A stretch of DNA of 64,000 bases from assembly GCA_963796455.1 (NCBI GenBank), contig CAWCLO010000004.1, forward strand, positions 64,001-128,000, read 5' to 3'. Below, in pieces: positions 40,123 through 49,682 of the stretch. This DNA is from Candidatus Sulfomarinibacteraceae bacterium. Lineage in GTDB: Bacteria; Acidobacteriota; Thermoanaerobaculia; Thermoanaerobaculales; Sulfomarinibacteraceae. The notes under the pieces were generated by a model, which had not been told where the DNA came from, searched no databases, and saw nothing but the letters and a program-made list of their open reading frames with translations. Both the position numbers and the translations under genes were made by a program. How positions within the stretch are numbered: position 1 is the stretch's first letter; each line of letters begins with the position of its first letter.

Positions 40123-40887
40123 ATGAGGTGGGCGGTTTTTAATCAAAAAGGCGGGGTCGGCAAATCGACGATCGTCTGCAATCTGGCCGCTGTCAGCGCG
40201 CTCGAGGGCCGGCGAACCCTGGTGGTTGATCTCGATCCTCAGTCAAACGCCAGCCACTATCTCCTCGGGCATGACGCGGAAGATGCCGAACCGACGCTGG
40301 TCCAGTTTTTCGAGCAGACGCTCGGCTTCAAGCTGTTCCGCGAGGGTGCGAAAGAGTTCATTCACCACACCCGCTTCGAAAACCTGCACGTCATGCCGGC
40401 TCGGATCGAGCTCGAAGAACTGCAGGCAAAGCTCGAGGCCAAGTACAAGATCTACAAGCTTCGCGACGCGCTGGCGGATCTCGATCGTTATGATGCCGTT
40501 TTCATCGACACGCCACCAGCCTTCAATTTTTATACTCTCTCGGCCCTGATCGCCGTCGATCGTTGTCTCATTCCCTTTGATTGTGACGACTTCTCCCGCC
40601 GGGCGTTATACAACCTGCTGGAAAATGTGGATGAGGTTCGTGAGGATCACAACTCGAAACTGGAGGTGGCAGGAATCGTCGTCAACCAGTTTCAGCCGCG
40701 GGCGCGCCTTCCGCAGCGGGTGGTGGATGAACTCGTGGCAGAAGGTCTCCCGGTCCTCGAGCCGTACATTACCTCGTCGATCAAAATACGTGAATCGCAC
40801 GAGGCGTCGAAGCCTCTGCCGTATATGGCGCGGTCACACAAACTGACTGCTCAATTCGAGGAGCTGTACGCCGCCATCATTGGTTGA
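40123..40887 (+). CDS. ParA family ATPase (orphan)
   Basis: NQKGGVGKST, DLDPQSN, IDTPP. Confidence 0.92.
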   Translation: MRWAVFNQKGGVGKSTIVCNLAAVSALEGRRTLVVDLDPQSNASHYLLGHDAEDAEPTLVQFFEQTLGFKLFREGAKEFIHHTRFENLHVMPARIELEELQAKLEAKYKIYKLRDALADLDRYDAVFIDTPPAFNFYTLSALIAVDRCLIPFDCDDFSRRALYNLLENVDEVREDHNSKLEVAGIVVNQFQPRARLPQRVVDELVAEGLPVLEPYITSSIKIRESHEASKPLPYMARSHKLTAQFEELYAAIIG

Positions 40888-40947
40888 TTCGAGTTGACCG
40901 AGTCCGATCTCGACGGGTGAATTTACCGCATGAGATGCCATGGGGTT

Positions 40948-41428
40948 CATCGCTATCGCAATCGCTATCGGTATCGCTATCGAAATAATGTGTCACCGCG
41001 TCCAATTCGATTACGATGCCGAGTTTTGGCCAAGGCTGTCAGGGCCAGCCCGTTTTCATAGATCCTTCGATTCGGTCGTATCCTCCCTCGCTCAGGATGA
41101 CATTTTGTAGGCTGTTGTCCCAGGAATGATCATTCGGCCCGGACGACAAACCATCCGCGCTCCCGCGTCATCACTGATGGAAGCGACCATCAGGATGTCA
41201 TCCTGAGCGGAGCCCCCGAAAGGGGCGTAGTCGAAGGATCTGTGGGACGGTCGGCACCGAGCACTCCACCGCCCCATGTTGCGCCGAATTATTTGGCGCG
41301 ATCACAAACTGACTGGTCAGTTCGAGGGGCTTTTCGCCGCATCAGTGGCTGATTCGAGTTGACGCCATCCAACACAATCCGTTATCGATAGCGATAGCGA
41401 TAGCGATAGCGAGGCCGAGTTCTGGCCG
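40948..41428. repeat. Hexamer tracts with outward-facing TGTCA REP halves and duplicated parA 3' end
   Basis: ATCGCT tract 40948-40983; halves 41057-41102 and 41194-41242; GATAGC tract 41385-41412. Confidence 0.85.
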
Positions 41429-41455
41429 GGCCGCCAGACCCGACCCATTGTTGAT

Positions 41456-42478
41456 TCATTTGACTGGGTAGTAGATCTCGGTGATCAGCTCTTCCTCGGG
41501 GGTGTTGCCCGGGTCGCTGACAAATACTTCCCAGCTGCGTCCGTTGTTTTCGAGCCTGTGGGCCGCAACGAAGGCCTGGATCTTTTCGTGGGTCTTCCCC
41601 AACTCGGCATAGGGACCGATGTGGATGGCGCGTACAACCCGCCCGCCGTAAGTTTCTCCCATCCGGACCGGAGAGTCGGGACCGACACCCCGAGCCGGAG
41701 CGCCTGAGACGGGAATGCCCGCATCAAAACCAAAGCCTCGTTCGTCCCAATAATTCGTAATGGCGAGTGGTTGGCCCGCAAGCCGGAGGCCATTGGCCGA
41801 CACGAAGATCGCCACCCGTCCATAGGAGGCGGCAAGTGCGGCTGAAATGTCGGCTGAGTCGGGCCCGCTGGTGCCGGAAGAGTAGGCGATGGTCTGGGAT
41901 GGGATCTCGCGAATACCGATCTCGATGTCCGACCAGTCGATCTTGGGCATGTCCTCGGCGATCCGCTTCAGATTGGCAAGCCCCTGTGCGTAGAGGGGAC
42001 CCAGTTGTCGCTCGAGAAACAGACCGAAGTAGCGGCCGATGATGTTGAGGCCGAAATCGGTGTCGAAGGCCCAGGTTGCGCGGGTTCCTTCGCCGTCCCT
42101 CTGCAGCAGATATGCCGCCTGGGCCGTACCCTGGTCTCCGAGGTCGAGTTCCACGTCGACCCGCTCATAGGGGGTGCTCGCGACGATTGTCTGAGAACCG
42201 GCCTCGGCTTTTGGTTCCGTCGCAATCCAACTCATCTTGGACCCGACGCCGAAGGCTGGTCCCTCCCAGCTGTACTCGGCGTTTGGAGTCACCGCGACGA
42301 ATGGTGACCAGTCGTTGAAGGATCGAAATCCGTTGACCTGAGCAAAAACGACGCTGGGCGGTGCGTCGATGTGCACTGAGCGTTCGACGTGTCGCGTCCT
42401 CGGCAATAGAAAACCGATGACCACGACCAACAGGACGATCGCCAACAGCGTGTACAGGATCCTCTTCACCAGTTTCAT
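41456..42478 (-). CDS. SRPBCC (START-like) + GyrI-like domain protein
   Basis: VERSVHIDAP, WSPF, GLANLK, HIGPY.EL, WEVFVSDP. Confidence 0.88.
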   Translation of the reverse strand: MKLVKRILYTLLAIVLLVVVIGFLLPRTRHVERSVHIDAPPSVVFAQVNGFRSFNDWSPFVAVTPNAEYSWEGPAFGVGSKMSWIATEPKAEAGSQTIVASTPYERVDVELDLGDQGTAQAAYLLQRDGEGTRATWAFDTDFGLNIIGRYFGLFLERQLGPLYAQGLANLKRIAEDMPKIDWSDIEIGIREIPSQTIAYSSGTSGPDSADISAALAASYGRVAIFVSANGLRLAGQPLAITNYWDERGFGFDAGIPVSGAPARGVGPDSPVRMGETYGGRVVRAIHIGPYAELGKTHEKIQAFVAAHRLENNGRSWEVFVSDPGNTPEEELITEIYYPVK

Positions 42479-42674
42479 GCGATCCCCCGATGTACTCCCG
42501 AAGAGGGCAATACTCTCCGGCTGAGACTGTGGAATTGACTGCGGCCGCAGCATAACACGGGTGTTATGGGTGATCGAGCCGGGAAACCGTGGTCCGGCGT
42601 GATCCGGGGCACCACGTGGTTGTGCGGTATTCTTTAGGGTAGTACCGAGTAACAAAACGCGTGGGAGGGTGACC

Positions 42675-43208
42675 ATGTTCAAGAAGGACAATAACGAGCA
42701 GGGTTCGTCGGCTCAACAGCATTCGGCGCCAAGCGTGAGCGGCAACCGGAACCCGGCCCCCCGCAAGGGCGGTGGCACGGCCACGATCGGCCCCTCGATT
42801 ACCGTCAAAGGTGATGTGTCGGGCGATGAAGATCTCGTGATTCAGGGCCGTGTTGAAGGGACCGTCAAACTTGCCAAGCACAATGTGACGATTGGTGGCA
42901 ACGGACGCGTCAAGGCGGATGTGCATGGCCGGACCGTGGTGGTCGAGGGCGAGGTGACCGGTGATATCAGGGCGCAGGAGCAGATCATCCTCCGTCACAC
43001 CGCACAGGTGGAAGGTGGAATCGCCGCGCCGAGAGTGGCCCTCGAAGATGGCGCGGTCTTTCGCGGGAGCATTGAAATGGATGCGACATCGGCCAAACCC
43101 GAGATGAAAGCCACCTTGAAGAACGAGCCGGTTTCAGCCGATCGACCTGCGCCCGACGGTGGGGACAAGAAATCGAGCCCGGGATCGCAAAAGAGCCTTC
43201 CCTCCTAA
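42675..43208 (+). CDS. Bactofilin (polymer-forming cytoskeletal protein)
   Basis: IG.SITVKGDV.G.EDL.I.G.VEG; GAVFRGSIEM. Confidence 0.9.
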   Translation: MFKKDNNEQGSSAQQHSAPSVSGNRNPAPRKGGGTATIGPSITVKGDVSGDEDLVIQGRVEGTVKLAKHNVTIGGNGRVKADVHGRTVVVEGEVTGDIRAQEQIILRHTAQVEGGIAAPRVALEDGAVFRGSIEMDATSAKPEMKATLKNEPVSADRPAPDGGDKKSSPGSQKSLPS

Positions 43209-43239
43209 GCGGCGTGTGGCGCCGTCGTAGAATAGCGCC

Positions 43240-43890
43240 ATGAAATTTCCCTGGCGCGCGAGGCGCCCTGCCACGACGGTTGTCGCGGAAGTCGAGCCGG
43301 CTCCGCCGGAGCCCTCGATCCAGACCCACCGGTCGCCGGGTCTCGAGGAGGCTCTGGCGCGGACACCCGAGCCCGAGAAGTGCCGGGTGCTCGATCTCGG
43401 GCCGGCGGTCGGGCCGAATATCGAATTCCTTGCATCAATTGCCTCGAGGGTGCAGATTGTTGATGCCTTTGATCGCAGCCGAACCGGCGGCCGACCGGCG
43501 GCCGTCGATGTCGATCGGGTCGTTCAGGTCTTGTGGGATCTGTTGCCCGAGGCGGCGTCCTCGTTCCATCTCGTCTTTGCCTGGGATTTGTTGAACTATA
43601 TTCCGGAAAACAGAATCGCATCGGTAATTGAGTTGTTGGCTGAGCTCTGTCCCCCAGAAGCGCGTCTTCACGCCATCATCGCGGCCTCGGATACGATTCC
43701 AGCCTTTCCGAATCGTTACCGGATCGTCGATCGGACAAAGCTGATCTACGAGGGGACGACAACCGAACATCGGGGTGCCCGCCAGATGCCCCCCGCCGAG
43801 GTTGACAAAATGCTCGAGCACTTCCGGGTCGAGCACTCGTTCCTGCTCCGCCACGGCGTCCGCGAATACGTCGCCGTGCGAGAAAAATAG
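43240..43890 (+). CDS. Class I SAM-dependent methyltransferase-like protein
   Basis: RVLDLGP, WDLLNY. Confidence 0.7.
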   Translation: MKFPWRARRPATTVVAEVEPAPPEPSIQTHRSPGLEEALARTPEPEKCRVLDLGPAVGPNIEFLASIASRVQIVDAFDRSRTGGRPAAVDVDRVVQVLWDLLPEAASSFHLVFAWDLLNYIPENRIASVIELLAELCPPEARLHAIIAASDTIPAFPNRYRIVDRTKLIYEGTTTEHRGARQMPPAEVDKMLEHFRVEHSFLLRHGVREYVAVREK

Positions 43891-43892
43891 GC

Positions 43893-43993
43893 TCAGAATT
43901 AGGAATTAGGAATTAGGAATGACATCGCCGGCTCGATACGCCGCGGTCAGGCCGGGGGATTTTTACTTCCACGTTCCTGATTCCAGATTCAGA
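43893..43993. repeat. Inverted heptamer tracts (TAGGAAT)n ... (TTCCWGA)n
   Basis: 43893-43920 and 43960-43993 between convergent genes. Confidence 0.75.
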
Positions 43994-44678
43994 ACTTCTG
44001 TCCGATCGCTTCGGTCAGAAATCGGACGAAGGGTGCCGCCGCCTGGAATGACGCCGCGACCTGGTCGATGAAGTCGGCGCGGCATGCCTTTGTCTGGGTG
44101 AAGTTCTCCACACACACAAAATCTTTCCGTTTGAGGTCCTCGATATGAGGATTGTCGGCGTCAAAACCTCGTGGAGGACGTTTGAGGCTTTCACCACTGA
44201 GTTTGTGGTGTTCAGTGAATTTCGGATCCCGGGTGATTCCGGTCCATTTCTTCGGGTGCTCCACGATGGTGTTCCGGATCTCTTCGAGACCGGATCGTTC
44301 GGGGTGCCAGAGACCGGCGCCCACAAAGACCTCACCGGGTTCGAGGTGGACATAGAACCCGGGTGCGTGGACGTCTCGCCCTGCACGGTGACGAAACTGG
44401 GCGGCGGCGTGGGTTTTGTAGGGACTTTTGTCCTTGGAAAACCGCACATCGCGGTAAATCCTGAACATGGAACCACCCGATGGGCGTGGATCGGCCACGA
44501 ACTGTGGGCTGATCGCATGCAGTGGGTCGGCGAAATCGGAGATGAAGTGCAGCAGAGGCTCCTGGATCTCCTTGCGATACCGGTCCTTGTTGGCTTGGAA
44601 CCATTCACGGGTGTTGTTTTCCTTGAGCTCCTTCAAGAAGCCGAAAAATGCCGGATTGAAATATCGTTGACCGCCCAT
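43989..44678 (-). CDS. DUF2461 / TIGR02453 family protein
   Basis: NNTREWF, FRIYRDVRFSKDKSPYK, LKRPPRGF. Confidence 0.92.
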   Translation of the reverse strand: MGGQRYFNPAFFGFLKELKENNTREWFQANKDRYRKEIQEPLLHFISDFADPLHAISPQFVADPRPSGGSMFRIYRDVRFSKDKSPYKTHAAAQFRHRAGRDVHAPGFYVHLEPGEVFVGAGLWHPERSGLEEIRNTIVEHPKKWTGITRDPKFTEHHKLSGESLKRPPRGFDADNPHIEDLKRKDFVCVENFTQTKACRADFIDQVAASFQAAAPFVRFLTEAIGQKF

Positions 44679-44769
44679 TGGACCTCCCGGGTGTGTTCTT
44701 CCTTGATAATCTCCCGGGCGCCGATTCTGTTCCTCTGTTAGGATTCTTTTTTTGAACATGGGAGTGCTT

Positions 44770-45318
44770 ATGAGATCTACAAAGAGAGTTCTGATCGTTT
44801 GTCTCTGCACGGCGACCCTGGTTGCGGGCGTTGCCTGGGCAAAGGTGGTTTCGGATTATGATCCGACGGTCGATTTTTCGGCCTATTCGACCTTTGGATG
44901 GTTGGAGCGGGACAATTCTATTGAGGCCCAGTTACCGGATCACCTCCGGGTTCGATTGCACCGGGTCACCGAAGATGTGATGGCCGAGAAGGGGATCTTG
45001 CCGTCTCCGGCACCTCCGCAAACCGATCTTCTTCTGACCTTTTATCTGGCCACCAGCGACGAGCTCGAAATACGCCAGGTCGGATACAGCACGTACTCCC
45101 CGTGGGGCTATAGTTACTGGCCCGGTTTCAACTATGGTTACACCGAGGTCCGGTCGTACAAGAAGGGGACACTGGTGTTGGATATCGTCGATGCCCGGAC
45201 CCGCAAGCTGGTGTGGGTCGGCACTCTGGAAAAAGAGATGCAGAGCACCAACCCGCCGGGAAAGAAGATCACGAAGTCGATCACGAAGTTGCTCAAGACT
45301 TTTCCGCCAAAAAAATAG
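44770..45318 (+). CDS. DUF4136 domain secreted protein
   Basis: DYDP.VDFS.Y.TF, GTLVLDIVDA..LVW.G, FPP end. Confidence 0.88.
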   Translation: MRSTKRVLIVCLCTATLVAGVAWAKVVSDYDPTVDFSAYSTFGWLERDNSIEAQLPDHLRVRLHRVTEDVMAEKGILPSPAPPQTDLLLTFYLATSDELEIRQVGYSTYSPWGYSYWPGFNYGYTEVRSYKKGTLVLDIVDARTRKLVWVGTLEKEMQSTNPPGKKITKSITKLLKTFPPKK

Positions 45319-45338
45319 AGCCGCTTCGTCGGCCTGTA

Positions 45339-45923
45339 TCAACGAAGCAGGCGGCCCTTTGATTCGGCGATACGGCGCACCATTTCAGCGTCGACCGGGC
45401 TGCCGTGCTCTTCCATGTCGGTTGCGAGCTTTGACAGCGTGCGGTGGTCTTCCTCGGCGCGCATCCGCAGCGCCTTGGCCATCCTGTTGAATGGGTCCTC
45501 GAGCGATCGGATCGTGTCCTCTTCACGCAATCTGAGGGTGACGTTGTAGTCGCCTGAGGCGATGCTCTCGAGACGTTTCGTAATGTTGTGGACGGCGCCG
45601 GAGGTTCGATGGGTGATCATGATCGAGCGCACGGTGACCATCGCGAGGATGATCAACGAGATCGAAATCATGATCATGAGATTGCGGTTGTCTGCAACTC
45701 GCATCGGGTTGCCGATCTCCGGGTTCTCGGCGATCACGATCTTGGTTTCCTGGTGGTTCTGGTAGGCGATCGTACCGTTCAAGAGGACCAGGAGGACAAA
45801 CACCAATCCAACGACTCTCAGGGTCGCGCTCAACTGGCGGCGCCGATCAACGAGATATCGTCTGCGCCGCGAACCCATCTGGAAACTGTTTGGTGAGGCA
45901 TCGTCGGGGGTTTTGGACGTCAT
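45339..45923 (-). CDS. Two-TM HAMP domain protein
   Basis: RRRRYLVDR..Q, ITHRTSG, GDY..LRLREED, FNRM. Confidence 0.75.
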   Translation of the reverse strand: MTSKTPDDASPNSFQMGSRRRRYLVDRRRQLSATLRVVGLVFVLLVLLNGTIAYQNHQETKIVIAENPEIGNPMRVADNRNLMIMISISLIILAMVTVRSIMITHRTSGAVHNITKRLESIASGDYNVTLRLREEDTIRSLEDPFNRMAKALRMRAEEDHRTLSKLATDMEEHGSPVDAEMVRRIAESKGRLLR

Positions 45924-46178
45924 GTCAGCTCCCTTCGGGTTGGGTCTGCTGGAGTCTACCGGGCAAGGGAAGGACTGAGAACTCCACAGATTCGATAGGC
46001 GGGCACAGCGTCTGGATGACCCCGCCAAACTCGATCGACAGTATTGATGTATTCATCCCTTGCTCCGAAAACCGATGGTCACAGCTCGCTTGCGGCGCGC
46101 TCGATTGTGGTCAGAAAAGATTGTATCGCAAAAACAGGTATCATCGCAGCTACGAATCCATGATGGGAGGGGATCTCA

Positions 46179-46448
46179 TTGGCCGGTGATTGTGGTGAAG
46201 GCGAGGTTCGGACGAACTCCATTCCCTGTGTTTCCAGCGTTCAACTTTTTCGTCGCCTCGATGAAGAGTCGAAGCTCAGAATCGGCTTCGGCAGGTTTGG
46301 TGACCGCGAGGGTATCCGATTGGTGTGTGTTGATCCCGATCTCGACCGAGAGCGGGTCGATGAAATGATCCGCCTGATAAAGAGTGTTGCAGAGGAAGTC
46401 CGCAATGAAGATGGCGGATCTCGTGCGGCTCGGACCGCGGATCAATAG
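46179..46448 (+). pseudogene. Possible C-terminal remnant of a PLP-dependent decarboxylase
   Basis: IGFG..IRLVCVDPDL..VDE resembles a group II decarboxylase C-terminus; no upstream body. Confidence 0.3.
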
Positions 46449-46460
46449 GAGTCCGGTGAT

Positions 46461-48221
46461 TTGAAAATTCCAAGTTCCAACCTGGTCGAGAACATCCGCG
46501 CGGGGATCATCGGTGATGACCGCGCAGTCGAGGGCCCTTTTGGATTGCGGCGGGTCACCTATGCCGATTACACGGCGTCTGGGAGATCGCTCGATTTTAT
46601 CGAAGACTTTATTCGCGACGAGGTGATGCCGCTCTACGCCAATACCCACAGCGAGTCGTCGACCACCGGTCTCCAGACCACCCGCTTTCGCGAAGACGCG
46701 CGGCGTCACATTCTCCAGGCAGTGAACGGCGGCGCCGAGGACGTCGTGATCTTTTGCGGCTCGGGAGCCACCGGTGCGATCAACAAAATGATCGAGATCC
46801 TGAACATCAGAGTGCCGGCCGATCTGGATGATCGCTATCGCCTCTCTGAGATGATCCCGCGGGAAGAGCGTCCGGTGGTTTTTATCGGTCCCTACGAGCA
46901 CCACTCCAACGAGATTGCTTGGCGCGAGACCATCGCCGACGTCGTGGTCATCGCCGAAGACGAAGACGGCCACATCGCCGAAGAGCACCTCGAACGTGAG
47001 CTGGCTGAATACGCCGAACGACCGCTCAAGATCGGCAGTTTCTCGGCTGCCTCCAACGTCACCGGCATTGTCTCCAAAATTCGGAGCCTGGCGACGCTTC
47101 TGCATCGCCATGGAGCGCTCTCATTTTGGGATTTTGCGGCAGCCGCACCATATGTCGGCATCGATATGAATCCGAGCGGTGATGACGGCAATCCGTTGCC
47201 CACCAAGGATGCGGTCTTCATCTCGCCACACAAGTTTATCGGCGGGCCGGGGACACCGGGGGTCCTGGTGGTCAAGAGGTCGTTGGTTACCAATCGGGTC
47301 CCGACGGTCCCGGGTGGTGGCACGGTCTCCTACGTCAGTGAGCATGACCACAGCTACATCAGCGATCCGGCGGTGCGCGAAGAAGGTGGAACCCCCGCGA
47401 TCATCGAGTCGATCCGGGCCGGGTTGGTTTTCAAGTTGAAAGACGCGGTCGGTGAAGAGGCTATCGAGGAGTTGGAGGAGTCCTTTGTTCGGAGGGCCAT
47501 TCAGTCGTGGTCCTCCAACCCGACAATCAATATTCTCGGAAACAAAGACGCGACCCGCCTCTCCATCGTGTCCTTTCTGATTCAGAGAGAAGGGCACTTT
47601 CTGCATCACAATTTCGTGGTTGCACTTCTCAACGATCTGTTTGGTATCCAGGCGCGAGGCGGATGTTCCTGCGCCGGTCCCTACGGACATCGGCTCCTGG
47701 GCATTGACGGGGTCCGGTCATCCAAGTTTCGTGAAGCAATCAACAGCGGGTGCGAGGGCATCAAACCGGGCTGGGTGCGGGTCAATTTCAACTATTTCAT
47801 CTCGGAAGCGGTTTTCCGCTTTATCGTTGACGCGGTCCATCTGGTAGCGGCCGACGGCTGGAAGCTCCTGCCCTACTATCGGTTTTCAATCGATAGCGGG
47901 GAATGGCGCCACCGAGACCACCACATCGGGACCCAACGCGGCCTCGATCATGTTGTTTTCGATTCGGGTCGCCTCGAATACAGCGGCAAGGTCCTGACCG
48001 AACCCGAGAGCGCCCTCGAAAGATATCTCGAAGAAGCACGCCAGATTGTCCGCTCCGCAGAGATCGAGTTCGGTGGTGGCGGTGGGTCTTCGGCACTTGC
48101 GGAAGGATTGGAGCACCTGCGGTGGTTCCCCCTGCCGAACGTGCCTTTGATCGACGCGACAGATTCATGCGACATCGGTGATGAAAATGATTCTGTAACC
48201 ACCGACGAGCGTTCTTCGTAA
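46461..48221 (+). CDS. Aminotransferase class V / cysteine desulfurase-like PLP enzyme
   Basis: YADYTASG, EHHSN, SPHKF, GGTP, RGGCSCAGPY. Confidence 0.92.
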   Translation: MKIPSSNLVENIRAGIIGDDRAVEGPFGLRRVTYADYTASGRSLDFIEDFIRDEVMPLYANTHSESSTTGLQTTRFREDARRHILQAVNGGAEDVVIFCGSGATGAINKMIEILNIRVPADLDDRYRLSEMIPREERPVVFIGPYEHHSNEIAWRETIADVVVIAEDEDGHIAEEHLERELAEYAERPLKIGSFSAASNVTGIVSKIRSLATLLHRHGALSFWDFAAAAPYVGIDMNPSGDDGNPLPTKDAVFISPHKFIGGPGTPGVLVVKRSLVTNRVPTVPGGGTVSYVSEHDHSYISDPAVREEGGTPAIIESIRAGLVFKLKDAVGEEAIEELEESFVRRAIQSWSSNPTINILGNKDATRLSIVSFLIQREGHFLHHNFVVALLNDLFGIQARGGCSCAGPYGHRLLGIDGVRSSKFREAINSGCEGIKPGWVRVNFNYFISEAVFRFIVDAVHLVAADGWKLLPYYRFSIDSGEWRHRDHHIGTQRGLDHVVFDSGRLEYSGKVLTEPESALERYLEEARQIVRSAEIEFGGGGGSSALAEGLEHLRWFPLPNVPLIDATDSCDIGDENDSVTTDERSS

Positions 48222-48288
48222 TCTGTAGCAGAAGGGGCTCGACCGGGATGTCGATTCATGGATTTGGCGAGTAGCGGAGGCACGAGAA

Positions 48289-49029
48289 TTGAGAATCGGA
48301 GAAAGCAGACTGGCACAGGCGAGGGAACGGCGGTGGAACCGGCCATATAATTCCCTGCATCCGGTCGTGCTCGAACTCGAAAAAGAAGACACTCCGCTTC
48401 GTCGTCGCGCGGTTCGATTGGGTATTTTGGCGGCTATCGCCTTTCACCTCGTGGTTTTCATCATCGTATTTCCCTCATACTACGAAGAAAAAATTCTCAA
48501 GGTCGGGAGCGTGCCGCGGGTTTATCGCCTCAAACAGGTGAAGTTCCAGCAACCGCCGAAACCGAGAGCTCGCAGCCAGGTCATCACCCCGAAAGCACGA
48601 AAGGTGCCGGTTCCGGATGCGACACCGGACGACCCCGAACCGATGGTCCGTGACGAAGCCATTGATGCTTCCGATCTCGAGTTCCCGGAGGTCGGCGACA
48701 CGACTGTCATTCCGGAGGGTCCCATGGGCCCCGCCATCGGACCGATGCAGATCGCCGGCGATGTCTTGGCGCCGAAACGAATCTATGCGCCGGATCCTCA
48801 TTACCCTGAGGAAGCGCGGCACGGAAGAATCCAGGGGGTGGTCATTCTGCAGACCATCATCAACAAGCTCGGAAACGTGACCGACGTCAGGGTGCTCAAG
48901 GGGCTGCCCTCCGGTCTGACCGAGGCCGCGGTGGAAGCTGTGTCTTCCTGGCGCTTCGAACCGGCCACGCTCGAAGGACAACCCGTGGCCGTGTATTACC
49001 TCGTGACCGTCAGCTTCTCCGTTCAGTAG
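48289..49029 (+). CDS. tonB: Energy transducer TonB (start uncertain)
   Basis: TM with His, Pro-rich linker, P.YPEEAR, IQGVV, WRFEPA. Confidence 0.85.
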   Translation: MRIGESRLAQARERRWNRPYNSLHPVVLELEKEDTPLRRRAVRLGILAAIAFHLVVFIIVFPSYYEEKILKVGSVPRVYRLKQVKFQQPPKPRARSQVITPKARKVPVPDATPDDPEPMVRDEAIDASDLEFPEVGDTTVIPEGPMGPAIGPMQIAGDVLAPKRIYAPDPHYPEEARHGRIQGVVILQTIINKLGNVTDVRVLKGLPSGLTEAAVEAVSSWRFEPATLEGQPVAVYYLVTVSFSVQ

Positions 49030-49080
49030 CCGCTATCTGCGCGGGTTGATTGCCGAATTCGATGCTCGATACTAGATGCT

Positions 49081-49500
49081 GGATCACTGCTGTCCAAAAC
49101 AGATCGTCATGAATTTTCCCACCTGACGACACGTGGTTCGCGGGTTGGTTTCTGGCATATCCAATTCGCAGTTGTCCCGTGCCCGCGTCCGCGTCCGTGT
49201 CCGTGCCCGAATTGCAGCGGCAGCGACAGCGACAGTGTCCAGCGGCAGAGCGACAGAGAGCAGCGACAGCGAACAACACTCACTTCTTCGGGGTTCCGGC
49301 CTTTGTGGTGCGGCCGTCTCGGCCGCACGGTGTGCAGGCGAGACGCCTACACCACCACGGCTGTTCCTTCTGTTGAACGACCCGGAGGTGGCAACTTCGT
49401 CGCCAGTACTACTGACCGCTGCCGCTGGAAACTGAACGCCGCCCCTGATCCCTGACGCTGCGAACTGTCGCTGCCGCTGTAATTTGGGCGCGGACTCGGC
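49081..49500 (+). mobile_element. Modular element copy C (REP-doublet core, inverted)
   Basis: Left TIR GGATCACTGCTGTCCAAAACA; core reads CACTCACTTCTTCGG...TTGAACGACCCGGAGG; ends in inverted M module. Confidence 0.7.
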
Positions 49501-49682
49501 ATCCAGCATCCAGCATCACAGCATCGAGCATCGTGTTGCGGGCGATCTCCCTATCTCCCTTTCTCCTCCGCCCCGGTGCCCCCCTGCCTCACTCCCGCCA
49601 CGATTTTCCTCGGTACCGCCCGACGGACGCCCTCTCCGCACCTGATCGCGTTGTGAAGCTTGGTGATGAAAGGGGGTGTCCC

